IMG/VR virus record: IMGVR_UViG_2698536312_000012
DNA: 12,391 bases
Direction: 5' to 3' (one strand)
Source: a virus
Taxonomy: Duplodnaviria > Heunggongvirae > Uroviricota > Caudoviricetes
In this document: one piece after another, positions 1 to 7,543 of the stretch
How positions within the stretch are numbered: the stretch's first letter is position 1
Layout: every line of letters begins with the position of its first letter
Notes under the pieces: generated by a model
What the model saw: the letters and a program-made list of their open reading frames with translations, nothing else
Database searches by the model: none
What the model was told of the DNA's origin: nothing
Translations under genes and position numbers: made by a program

Positions 1-25
1 ACACTAAATCAGTAAGTTGGCAGCA

Positions 26-1231
26 TCACCCCGCCACAGAACAATTATTGCTTTTGCCGTTGATGACAATAAAGTTTTTATCGCAGGCGTACCNNNNNNN
101 NNNNNNNNNNNNNNNNNNNNNNNNNNNNNNNNNNNNNNNNNNNNNNNNNNNNNNNNNNNNNNNNNNNNNNNNNNNNNNNNNNNNNNNNNNNNNNNNNNNN
201 NNNNNNNNNNNNNNNNNNNNNNNNNNNNNNNNNNNNNNNNNNNNNNNNNNNNNNNNNNNNNNNNNNNNNNNNNNNNNNNNNNNNNNNNNNNNNNNNNNNN
301 NNNNNNNNNNNNNNNNNNNNNNNNNNNNNNNNNNNNNNNNNNNNNNNNNNNNNNNNNNNNNNNNNNNNNNNNNNNNNNNNNNNNNNNNNNNNNNNNNNNN
401 NNNNNNNNNNNNNNNNNNNNNNNNNNNNNNNNNNNNNNNNNNNNNNNNNNNNNNNNNNNNNNNNNNNNNNNNNNNNNNNNNNNNNNNNNNNNNNNNNNNN
501 NNNNNNNNNNNNNNNNNNNNNNNNNNNNNNNNNNNNNNNNNNNNNNNNNNNNNNNNNNNNNNNNNNNNNNNNNNNNNNNNNNNNNNNNNNNNNNNNNNNN
601 NNNNNNNNNNNNNNNNNNNNNNNNNNNNNNNNNNNNNNNNNNNNNNNNNNNNNNNNNNNNNNNNNNNNNNNNNNNNNNNNNNNNNNNNNNNNNNNNNNNN
701 NNNNNNNNNNNNNNNNNNNNNNNNNNNNNNNNNNNNNNNNNNNNNNNNNNNNNNNNNNNNNNNNNNNNNNNNNNNNNNNNNNNNNNNNNNNNNNNNNNNN
801 NNNNNNNNNNNNNNNNNNNNNNNNNNNNNNNNNNNNNNNNNNNNNNNNNNNNNNNNNNNNNNNNNNNNNNNNNNNNNNNNNNNNNNNNNNNNNNNNNNNN
901 NNNNNNNNNNNNNNNNNNNNNNNNNNNNNNNNNNNNNNNNNNNNNNNNNNNCATCAGCAGGCCTTATCTTTTGTTTAGAGAAAGTCATCTTTACCCAGCT
1001 TTCTCTGGACGCATCATCAGTAAGAGCAGCCTGCGAATCTCCCATACTTACAACCTGGCTGGGCCTTATCCATCGCCCCAGCCCCTCAACCGCACCAGCA
1101 TAAAACATGACAAAAATTGTTTTTGCAGCTATTTCCCGAATTAAATATCCACGATTCTCAGTCCCTTCAGGGAAAATTAATTGTAATCTTTCCCGGATAA
1201 CATTCAATGGGGGAACAACAGGCAGATTCAT
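26..1231 (-). CDS. Methyltransferase-coupled partner protein, candidate restriction endonuclease or other effector; most of the body is masked by N
   Basis: ATG at 1231-1229 overlaps the methyltransferase stop (ATGA), implying translational coupling. The visible N-terminal 93 aa (MNLPVVPPLNVIRERLQLIFPEGTENRGYLIREIAAKTIFV...) look protein-like. The frame is consistent with TGA at 28-26, but continuity through the 858-nt N-run cannot be verified and another frame also stays open to the window edge. Confidence 0.45.
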   Translation of the reverse strand: MNLPVVPPLNVIRERLQLIFPEGTENRGYLIREIAAKTIFVMFYAGAVEGLGRWIRPSQVVSMGDSQAALTDDASRESWVKMTFSKQKIRPADXXXXXXXXXXXXXXXXXXXXXXXXXXXXXXXXXXXXXXXXXXXXXXXXXXXXXXXXXXXXXXXXXXXXXXXXXXXXXXXXXXXXXXXXXXXXXXXXXXXXXXXXXXXXXXXXXXXXXXXXXXXXXXXXXXXXXXXXXXXXXXXXXXXXXXXXXXXXXXXXXXXXXXXXXXXXXXXXXXXXXXXXXXXXXXXXXXXXXXXXXXXXXXXXXXXXXXXXXXXXXXXXXXXXXXXXXXXXXXXXXXXXXXXXXXXXXXXXXXXXXXXXXXXXXXXXXXXXXXXXXXXXXXXYACDKNFIVINGKSNNCSVAG

Positions 1232-3060
1232 GCAATCATCACTCCATAGAAACCAGCGATAGTTCTCTCAATAATCCGTCTGTGGACGCCAGCATCAATT
1301 AACGATTGAATCTCCATCACCTGCTCCAGAGAAGGCAACGGGATTGAATTCAATTCATAGGCCGAAACAGCAACACTTCCGCTTATACACCTGAACGCCC
1401 GATCGACAACATGCGAATTAAGTAGCATATCAATAACATCAGGGCGAACCGCAGAGAACAATCCGTTTGAATATACAATATTAATATGGTTTTCAACTAC
1501 TACGCCACCAGTTTCATCTATAAATCCCTGAGGTAAAATTGCCGCTAAAATCCTTCTGTCCTGTTCCTTCGATGTTGTCCGCTGAACAAGCACACATTCA
1601 GATTTTGTCACAAGGAAACCCTGTTGTGGGGTTATATCGATATAGGGAACATGATTTTTTCTGTCTGCACTAAAACGAAAACCAGCTGAAGTTATTGATT
1701 CCGCCCAGACTAATGGGTAGCTATTTTTTCCTTTCGTCGTACGCAACTGCGACTTAAATCGATTCCAGACTAACTGACCTGTAGAGACTGAGTATCCCAG
1801 ATCAGCTAAACGCGTAGACATCTGTTTTAATACATTAAGAAAACAGGCATCATCTTTAACGCGTGGCAAAAGCCACGTTGCTCCACCTTTTTCTATATCA
1901 ACATTACCTATTTTCTCAATTTTTGCTTTGTTCAACCCCTTAGGGACAAGTGAGGATACCTGGGCCCGAACTTTATGTTCTCCCGCCTTGAATGCTGTCA
2001 ACATTGTTTCCTGGAGAACATCGTCAAAGACCCCATCCCTGTCAGTGACGAAATCAAGGGCATACGGAGTAGTTTTTTCGGTCAAAAGGGTTCGCAGCGC
2101 GGTGAAATACTGCCCACCAAGAAAAGAAGTTGGCGTAAGAAATGCAATAACTCCTGTTTTCTCTTTAACCATGCGAACAGCTAAGTCGGTGAACAATCCA
2201 TATAGATTTGCATGACCAAATAACGAACGAGAATATTTTTCTCTCGTTTTAATATCGAGAGTGACACGTCCGTAAGGCGGATTCCCTACCACAAGATCAT
2301 AACCAGAAAATTTATCTTGCTGAAGCGCATCAGCAACAATAATTGTATCTTCAGGCAATCTACGTTTTACCTTTACACATAGTGGCATTAGTACAGATTC
2401 GAGCAATACCAAACTCATCCAAGCCGCAAATGGATCGATTTCTATCCCCTTTAAACGACGACTGATTCTCCTCAACATCCATTCAGGGGAAGACCCCTTG
2501 TCTTTTTTTAACATTCGAATGGCTACTGGTGCCAAAAATGCACCGCCACCACACGCAGGATCAATAACCGATGCATGAGAAAAATCAACACCAGACTTTT
2601 CAGCCAGGTCCAAGAGACGCGCTACCAAAGGTGGGGGGGTATAGTAAGCCCCCAATTCCGAACGGTAAGCGGATGGCAGCATTACCGTATAAATTGACCC
2701 AATCAGATATCCAGCGTCCTCCGCCGGAAATTGAGCAATAAGCTCACCTGTTCGTTCAGCGAGCTCGCGTGCATCACATGGAATGTCTTCTATGTAAACA
2801 GTGTGCGGTACTGCCCTCATTTTAATGCTGCTTTTTTGCTTTTTTGCAAGGGTATCCCAATATGCAGCTACGATGCTGAAGCAGTATGAGCGGGCATGCA
2901 TCAACCTTGACTGCCCGGTTTTGTAATTGCCCGCATAACCTTTGGCCATGGCTTTACAAGTTTGATATCTTTCCAGATTAGAAAACTCATTATCTGTAAA
3001 AAAATCAAAATGTTGCACATTCATAATGTAAAATCCTAATGTATCAAACATGCGGGCCAT
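1228..3060 (-). CDS. N6-adenine DNA methyltransferase, gamma class (Eco57I/TaqI-like), with C-terminal target-recognition region
   Basis: 610-aa ORF with motif order GAYYTPPPLV (motif X-like), DPACGGGAFL (AdoMet motif I) and VVGNPPYGR (catalytic motif IV), then a ~300-aa C-terminal region with TaqI-C-like features (GQLVWNRF). Start could be ATG 3060 or 3051; both have a weak RBS. Confidence 0.9.
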   Translation of the reverse strand: MARMFDTLGFYIMNVQHFDFFTDNEFSNLERYQTCKAMAKGYAGNYKTGQSRLMHARSYCFSIVAAYWDTLAKKQKSSIKMRAVPHTVYIEDIPCDARELAERTGELIAQFPAEDAGYLIGSIYTVMLPSAYRSELGAYYTPPPLVARLLDLAEKSGVDFSHASVIDPACGGGAFLAPVAIRMLKKDKGSSPEWMLRRISRRLKGIEIDPFAAWMSLVLLESVLMPLCVKVKRRLPEDTIIVADALQQDKFSGYDLVVGNPPYGRVTLDIKTREKYSRSLFGHANLYGLFTDLAVRMVKEKTGVIAFLTPTSFLGGQYFTALRTLLTEKTTPYALDFVTDRDGVFDDVLQETMLTAFKAGEHKVRAQVSSLVPKGLNKAKIEKIGNVDIEKGGATWLLPRVKDDACFLNVLKQMSTRLADLGYSVSTGQLVWNRFKSQLRTTKGKNSYPLVWAESITSAGFRFSADRKNHVPYIDITPQQGFLVTKSECVLVQRTTSKEQDRRILAAILPQGFIDETGGVVVENHINIVYSNGLFSAVRPDVIDMLLNSHVVDRAFRCISGSVAVSAYELNSIPLPSLEQVMEIQSLIDAGVHRRIIERTIAGFYGVMIA

Positions 3061-3274
3061 AACATCTCATGGTGGCGCATAGCAAACTGGCCCGAAGAAT
3101 ATCACGCACCAAGTCGATCTCATAACCCGTTATGACAATAAATCTTTGTAGCTGAACTCACTTGGTGATTTGTCAATCATTCCTGGCCTCCAGTTCGTCC
3201 TGAATCTCTTTATCGAGTTCACCGTATTTGTTAGTCCTCATCACTCACGACTTGACTTCCAGAAATAACCTTGA

Positions 3275-3631
3275 TTATTCGGGGCTATATTTTGTCACCC
3301 TGCGTATCCGCGCTTTCGCATTACGCTCAATCTGGATTAGCTTTTCTATATTTTTTCGCCTTTCCCGCTCCTCCTGGCGCAAGAGCCTTACATCATCTGC
3401 CAGTCTGGTTTCTCTTTTCGCCACAGAGAGCATCCAGTCAAATGGCTCCACAACTGCACCGCAAATTTTACAGCGGACCTGACGCTCTTTTTCGTCAACC
3501 CGGACAGAAGCGTGATGGCAATATGGTCTTTCCGATGGCTCATAAAGAAAATTAACCTGATTACGAGGGTTATCCTCTTTTACCGGAAATAAAACAATAT
3601 TGCTTAACTCATCTTCTGGTTTTATTTCCAT
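3275..3631 (-). CDS. Hypothetical zinc-ribbon protein with basic, coiled-coil-like C-terminus
   Basis: ATG at 3631 preceded by a strong SD (AGGAGAGGAG). 118 aa with C-H-H ... C-x-x-C (YCHHASV...RCKICG) and an Arg/Lys/Glu-rich tail. The ORF track extends to a GTG at 3688 without an RBS. Confidence 0.6.
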   Translation of the reverse strand: MEIKPEDELSNIVLFPVKEDNPRNQVNFLYEPSERPYCHHASVRVDEKERQVRCKICGAVVEPFDWMLSVAKRETRLADDVRLLRQEERERRKNIEKLIQIERNAKARIRRVTKYSPE

Positions 3632-3771
3632 GCTCCTCTCCTTTGATGCGAATGCCAGCGGTAATTGAAGCCTGATAGCTAATTTCACTCACAGTACCGC
3701 CTCCTGAAAATCACCCTGATAGAAAGCCGGTACACGCTGCATAACTTCACTCTTCCGGCACTCGCGACAGA

Positions 3772-4095
3772 TTATGTTCTGATGTCTGTCGTAGCNNNNN
3801 NNNNNNNNNNNNNNNNNNNNNNNNNNNNNNNNNNNNNNNNNNNNNNNNNNNNNNNNNNNNNNNNNNNNNNNNNNNNNNNNNNNNNNNNNNNNNNNNNNNN
3901 NNNNNNNNNNNNNNNNNNNNNNNNNNNNNNNNNNNNNNNNNNNNNNNNNNNNNNNNNNNNNNNNNNNNNNNNNNNNNNNNNNNNNNNNNNNNNNNNNNNN
4001 NNNNNNNNNNNNNNNNNNNNNNNNNNNNNNNNNNNNNNNNNNNNNNNNNNNNCCTTAATTTTTTCCCGCTCTTCCTGTGTAAATACTTTTGCCAT
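3772..4095 (-). CDS. Hypothetical small protein (about 107 aa), mostly masked by N
   Basis: ATG at 4095 lies 17 nt after the stop of the upstream gene; visible N-terminus MAKVFTQEEREKIK and C-terminus ATTDIRT-stop are in one frame if the N-run length is true. The interior cannot be checked. Confidence 0.35.
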   Translation of the reverse strand: MAKVFTQEEREKIKXXXXXXXXXXXXXXXXXXXXXXXXXXXXXXXXXXXXXXXXXXXXXXXXXXXXXXXXXXXXXXXXXXXXXXXXXXXXXXXXXXXXXXATTDIRT

Positions 4096-4110
4096 AAGCG
4101 CCCCCGGCAA

Positions 4111-4836
4111 TCACTTTTCCGACACAATACGACCGGAGGAATCGACAATCTGTCGAACAATATCCCGGTGCTTGTTCAGCTCCCGCAACGCGGCGCAGAC
4201 ACGCTCCCACTTCTGGACATGACTTTTCGCCCGACGCAGTTCGCGGTTTGCCATATGCAGCGATGGTAAAACCAGGTCATCCGCTTGCGTTTCGGTGAAC
4301 GATGGCAACGACTGCACAATGTCCGCCACAGTTTCTGTTTTAATTTCTTCCTGTGTTGCAGCTTCCTGTACCGGTAACGCAACACCTGCTGGCTGAGGAA
4401 AGACTTTACCATCCGTTTCCGCTATGGATGCGGCTTTCGGCTCTGCCGGTAAATCAGCGCCCGGTATGCAGTACCGAAATTTACCGCCCTGATTCACGCG
4501 AATCAGACGCCCTTTGCTGATTGCCATGGCCAGCGATGAATTCGCCCGGCGGGAGGTAATCCCGAACATCAGTGCCAGCTCATCCGCCGTTTGTGGGCCA
4601 TGTTGTTCAATCGCCTCAGTCAGCATTTGCGCTGTCACTTTCGGTACCGGTGACACTGGTTCACTTTCACCAGCCTGAATCAGCCACCACATCGAACCCT
4701 TGTTATCCGCTTCACCACGGCGCTTCAGTTTCCACAGTTCGTTGACCGCATCTTCACGGCTGATTCCAAGGCGGGACGCCACCACATGTGAAGAGGCTCT
4801 TTTCAGTGCTTTCAGTGCGTCAAATACAGTTTCCAT
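4111..4836 (-). CDS. Hypothetical phage protein with two winged-helix-like segments
   Basis: ATG at 4836 preceded by GGAGG at about 9 nt, immediately after the DnaC-like stop (4858-4860). 241 aa, acidic central linker, protein-like composition. Confidence 0.6.
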   Translation of the reverse strand: METVFDALKALKRASSHVVASRLGISREDAVNELWKLKRRGEADNKGSMWWLIQAGESEPVSPVPKVTAQMLTEAIEQHGPQTADELALMFGITSRRANSSLAMAISKGRLIRVNQGGKFRYCIPGADLPAEPKAASIAETDGKVFPQPAGVALPVQEAATQEEIKTETVADIVQSLPSFTETQADDLVLPSLHMANRELRRAKSHVQKWERVCAALRELNKHRDIVRQIVDSSGRIVSEK

Positions 4837-4857
4837 TAAAACATCCTCCAACAAAAA

Positions 4858-5604
4858 TTACTTCACAACTCCCGGAAAGCTGACATTTGAACGCCAGCTA
4901 TCCCAGTTAAACGTCACCCACCGACAACCGTTCATGGTCATGCGGTCCATAATCCTCTCACCAAGAAGCGTGCTCATTGCGGCATGATTCAGGTTTGTTA
5001 ACATCCCGACACTGCACAGTGATGCTGTCCGGCGATCAATTATCTGGTGCAATACCACCTGCTCGTTTTTCGTCTCCCGCTGAATGCCTATTTCATCCAG
5101 GACCAGCAAATCAACCCCGCAAAGCTCCTGTAAAAATTTTTCACCGGATTTGCCGTTGTCGTAGCTGTCATGCAACACGCTCATGACATCAGACACGGTG
5201 ACGATAATCACGCTGCGCCCCTTCGCCATCAGCCAGTTACCCATCGCCGCTGCAAGGTGATTTTTCCCGGTGCCGGTTTTACCGCTGAACACAAAATTCG
5301 TGCACCCGGTCATCAGTTCGTCAGCTATGGATTTGGCCTGGCTCAGCGCGTATTTTTGCCCGTCGTTCTGCACCTGATAATTCGCAAACGAGCATTTGCT
5401 GTGCAGAGGCTGGATGCCCGAACGATTCAGGATTTTTTCCACCCGCAACTGGCGATTCTGGCGGTTAATCTCCTCGCTGCGTTTTCGTCCTTCAGCAAGT
5501 TGCCATTCCCGCCACTCCTCCACCGTCCGGTACGGTGGAACCGCCCCCTGTGGTGCAAGTCTGTGAATACGTTCAAGAACCCCGGCTGCCGCAATGTTTT
5601 TCAT
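4858..5604 (-). CDS. DnaC/IstB-like replication ATPase (helicase-loader analog, YdaV-like)
   Basis: Walker A GKTGTGKNHLA and Walker B LLVLDEIG; 248 aa; lies directly downstream of the O-like gene; RBS GGGGGTGA upstream of ATG 5604. Confidence 0.85.
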   Translation of the reverse strand: MKNIAAAGVLERIHRLAPQGAVPPYRTVEEWREWQLAEGRKRSEEINRQNRQLRVEKILNRSGIQPLHSKCSFANYQVQNDGQKYALSQAKSIADELMTGCTNFVFSGKTGTGKNHLAAAMGNWLMAKGRSVIIVTVSDVMSVLHDSYDNGKSGEKFLQELCGVDLLVLDEIGIQRETKNEQVVLHQIIDRRTASLCSVGMLTNLNHAAMSTLLGERIMDRMTMNGCRWVTFNWDSWRSNVSFPGVVK

Positions 5605-5610
5605 GCCACA

Positions 5611-6675
5611 TCACCCCCTGAATCCCGGCGGAATTTCGGTATCCGGTTCAGAAATATGATTCACACAACGCTGGTTGTTCGTGCCGCTTACCGGGAGCAA
5701 CCAGGGGTTTTCAAAATTCCGGTCCGGCCCAAAAAACGTCGTCGCTCGCTGAACAAATTCCGTTCCCGCTTTCCCGGTCGCCGCCAGGTATCTCGCGTAA
5801 CGCCTCACACCATCCAGCATGGTCTCTGGTGGCACCCCCTCGCGCAATCTGGCCTTCCAGGCACTGAATGCGGATTTCTTCGGGTTTGCCCCGGCACGCA
5901 ACGGGTATTCCCGCCAGACCTGTTCGAACACATCCGGATAATCCACTCGTCCCACAGGCTGCCCGGTGTTTTCCGGGGCTACCCGATCGGCTTCCCGCTG
6001 AATGGCGGAATCGGCTTCAGGCTGCTGCAGTTGGAGTGATTGCTCCGGCCTTGCGGTCATCACCTGCTGCACAGCGCCCGAATCGGCTTTCAGCGCATAC
6101 GCTGAATCGGCTTCCGGTGTCGAGCCTGCTGGCTGACCAGGATTGACGGTCTGAACATCCCCTGCCTGGTTCGTGGCGTTTTTTACGCCATGGACCATAG
6201 TGTTTTGATCTTCTTTATCTGTATCTTTATCTGTATCTGTCGTGACTCGTCGTGACATGTGCGTGACATTTCGTGACGCGCCGTGACAATCGCCATTTTG
6301 TTCCCGCTTTCTTTCCCTCTCTCGCTGCGCCCTCTTGCGCTCTGCAGGAGATTTTGCGGTTTGCGAAATATTGCCGTTGTCCTCTTTAAGCACCTGGCGT
6401 TTTTCCCATCCAGTGATTAAATCACCATCAAGTACCCGCCCCTGCATCGTCTGCAAAATTGAATCAATTACCTCTTCTGTCACGTCGAGCGCACTTGCCA
6501 AATCTTCTGTCGTGACATCAATGTGACCTCGCGTGACATTTCGTGACGCGCTCACCAGGAGGTGGATATACACTGCCATCACTGTTGCAATTGGCTGCCC
6601 TGACACCCTGGCAATTGTTCGCCACTTAGGGTCATTTGGCATGTCATGCCATAATCTGAGCCAGGCGTTAGCCAT
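5611..6675 (-). CDS. Replication initiation protein, O-like/YdaU-like, with DnaT-like C-terminal region
   Basis: ATG 6675 preceded by AGAGGTGA; 354 aa; N-terminal conserved segment WLRLWHDMPNDPKWRTIA, low-complexity acidic middle encoded by iteron repeats, C-terminal AGANPKKSAFSAWKARL...FGPDRNFENPW. Position between the CII-analog and the DnaC-like gene. Confidence 0.75.
   Translation of the reverse strand: MANAWLRLWHDMPNDPKWRTIARVSGQPIATVMAVYIHLLVSASRNVTRGHIDVTTEDLASALDVTEEVIDSILQTMQGRVLDGDLITGWEKRQVLKEDNGNISQTAKSPAERKRAQRERERKREQNGDCHGASRNVTHMSRRVTTDTDKDTDKEDQNTMVHGVKNATNQAGDVQTVNPGQPAGSTPEADSAYALKADSGAVQQVMTARPEQSLQLQQPEADSAIQREADRVAPENTGQPVGRVDYPDVFEQVWREYPLRAGANPKKSAFSAWKARLREGVPPETMLDGVRRYARYLAATGKAGTEFVQRATTFFGPDRNFENPWLLPVSGTNNQRCVNHISEPDTEIPPGFRG
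6241..6287. repeat. Iteron-like array A: five CGTGAC repeats at 10-11 bp phasing (candidate ori)
   Basis: CGTGAC at 6241, 6251, 6262, 6272, 6282; flanked on the left by tandem 12-bp tttatctgtatc x2 (6213-6236); lies inside the O-like gene as in lambda ori. Confidence 0.6.
6511..6551. repeat. Iteron-like array B: four (C/T)GTGAC repeats at 10-11 bp phasing, including a 21-bp exact copy of part of array A
   Basis: Repeats at 6511, 6522 (TGTGAC), 6532, 6542; 6531-6551 gcgtgacatttcgtgacgcgc is identical to 6261-6281. Confidence 0.6.
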
Positions 6676-6746
6676 ACTCACCTCTTCTGATACCGAATCT
6701 TTTTACTCACGAGTTGCCGGGAGCGATTCGATATGGCTATTGTCAG

Positions 6747-7172
6747 TCAATGTACTGCCACAGCATTTCCTGCCGGGCCACCACGGTTCATCTGATTGAA
6801 ACCGGCGATTGCCACTGCGACAAAATCATCAGCGTCTCTCACCAGTCGTTCATGCGTCTCCACCAGTTCCCGAAAATAAGCTGAACTGTGGCTGCGCATT
6901 CGAGCCACCAGCGGAGGTGGCATTGCCCTTTCGATCGCAGGTAACAACGCCTGAATTTTTTCAACAGCGTCAGGGGTGTCTTTATCCAGCCAACGGAAAA
7001 TCTTTTGGGTGTTGAGATAAAGCGTGTTGTGCTTGCTGTCGTTATGCAGAACCGGAAACGTCATTCCCAGTTCGAAATAAACCCTGGTTATTTCAGCTGC
7101 CGGAACTTTTTCACCGTCCGGATGCGCCCAGGCTTTCATCGCCATGCGGATGTGTTCATGCTTGATTTTCAT
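6747..7172 (-). CDS. ydaT: YdaT-like regulator (functional CII analog of Rac/CP-933P-type prophages)
   Basis: 141 aa; start ATG 7172 overlaps the upstream stop (ATGA); the sequence (MKIKHEHIRMAMKAWAHPDGEKVPAAEITRVYFELG...) matches my recollection of YdaT; position is immediately downstream of the Cro-like gene. Confidence 0.7.
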   Translation of the reverse strand: MKIKHEHIRMAMKAWAHPDGEKVPAAEITRVYFELGMTFPVLHNDSKHNTLYLNTQKIFRWLDKDTPDAVEKIQALLPAIERAMPPPLVARMRSHSSAYFRELVETHERLVRDADDFVAVAIAGFNQMNRGGPAGNAVAVH

Positions 7173-7432
7173 GAATCAACCCCCGCCGATGGTTGTGTGT
7201 TAGCCTGAAACTCAGCAGGCAAGCCGTCAGTTGGGTTGGGGTAGGTTTTACTGTCAATCTCATGTGGGGTCACCACCCATCCCGTTGCTTCACACCAACG
7301 TAATATTTTTTCTCCTGTAAGTTTTGCACGCCCCGTTATAACGTGGCTGACCATCCCTTGGGATGCGCCAACAATCTCAGCAAATGAACTCTGGGTTATA
7401 TGAAAATGATGCAAATATTCTCCAAGATTCAT
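7169..7432 (-). CDS. ydaS: Cro-like HTH regulator (YdaS-like)
   Basis: HTH segment ITQSSFAEIVGASQGMVSHVITG; first gene of the leftward operon leaving the divergent operator region; ATG 7432 preferred over the TTG at 7459 used by the ORF track. Confidence 0.7.
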   Translation of the reverse strand: MNLGEYLHHFHITQSSFAEIVGASQGMVSHVITGRAKLTGEKILRWCEATGWVVTPHEIDSKTYPNPTDGLPAEFQANTQPSAGVDS

Positions 7433-7468
7433 AATCCGCCCTATGTGATGTGTTACCAATGCATAATT

Positions 7469-7533
7469 AATAGCACTGTTATTTTTAAAAGTAAATAGTG
7501 ATGCTATTTCAAAGTGATTAGCAATCTTATTAG
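7469..7533. promoter_or_regulatory. Divergent operator/promoter region with three related operator sites
   Basis: aATAGCactgTTATTt (7469-7484), aaATAGtgatgCTATTt (7493-7509), aTTAGCaatcTTATT (7518-7532); about 24-26 bp spacing; leftward promoter candidate TTTACT-17-TATTAA overlaps the sites. Confidence 0.55.
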
Positions 7534-7543
7534 AATTGGATGT

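Noticed and set aside
4-1144. Long ORFs in several frames (4-954 minus, 17-1144 plus, 48-1103 plus) crossing the first N-run
   Set aside because: They are open only because N codons translate as X; the real flanking sequence offers no independent support. Only the minus-strand frame coupled to the methyltransferase stop is retained, with reduced confidence.
1928-2215. Plus-strand ORFs 1928-2215 and 1975-2184 inside the methyltransferase gene
   Set aside because: Antisense to a gene with strong motif support; no RBS; peptides have no recognisable features.
3228-3555. Plus-strand ORFs 3228-3482 and 3271-3555
   Set aside because: Antisense to the zinc-ribbon gene, which has a strong SD; low-complexity Ser/Leu/Phe-rich translations.
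3747-4222. ORFs 3747-4160 (minus) and 3782-4222 (plus) spanning the second N-run
   Set aside because: Artifacts of the masked stretch; they overlap the better-supported 4111-4836 gene or lack start context.
4176-4412. Minus-strand ORF 4176-4412 in an alternate frame of the 4111-4836 gene
   Set aside because: Arg/Lys/Cys-rich out-of-frame translation fully nested within a better-supported ORF.
5170-6146. Plus-strand ORFs 5170-6039 (289 aa) and 5868-6146
   Set aside because: Antisense to the DnaC-like and O-like genes; Arg/Pro/His-rich composition typical of reverse-strand translation of GC-rich coding DNA; no RBS.
6335-7208. Plus-strand ORFs 6335-6526, 6533-6799, 6809-7015, 7005-7208
   Set aside because: Antisense to the O-like and YdaT-like genes or in the short intergenic gap; no start-site support.
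6747-7459. Calling the YdaS/YdaT pair a toxin-antitoxin system
   Set aside because: Although they are coupled and were historically described in toxin terms, the HTH content and the position next to the divergent operators fit Cro/CII-type regulators better; no toxin fold motif is visible.
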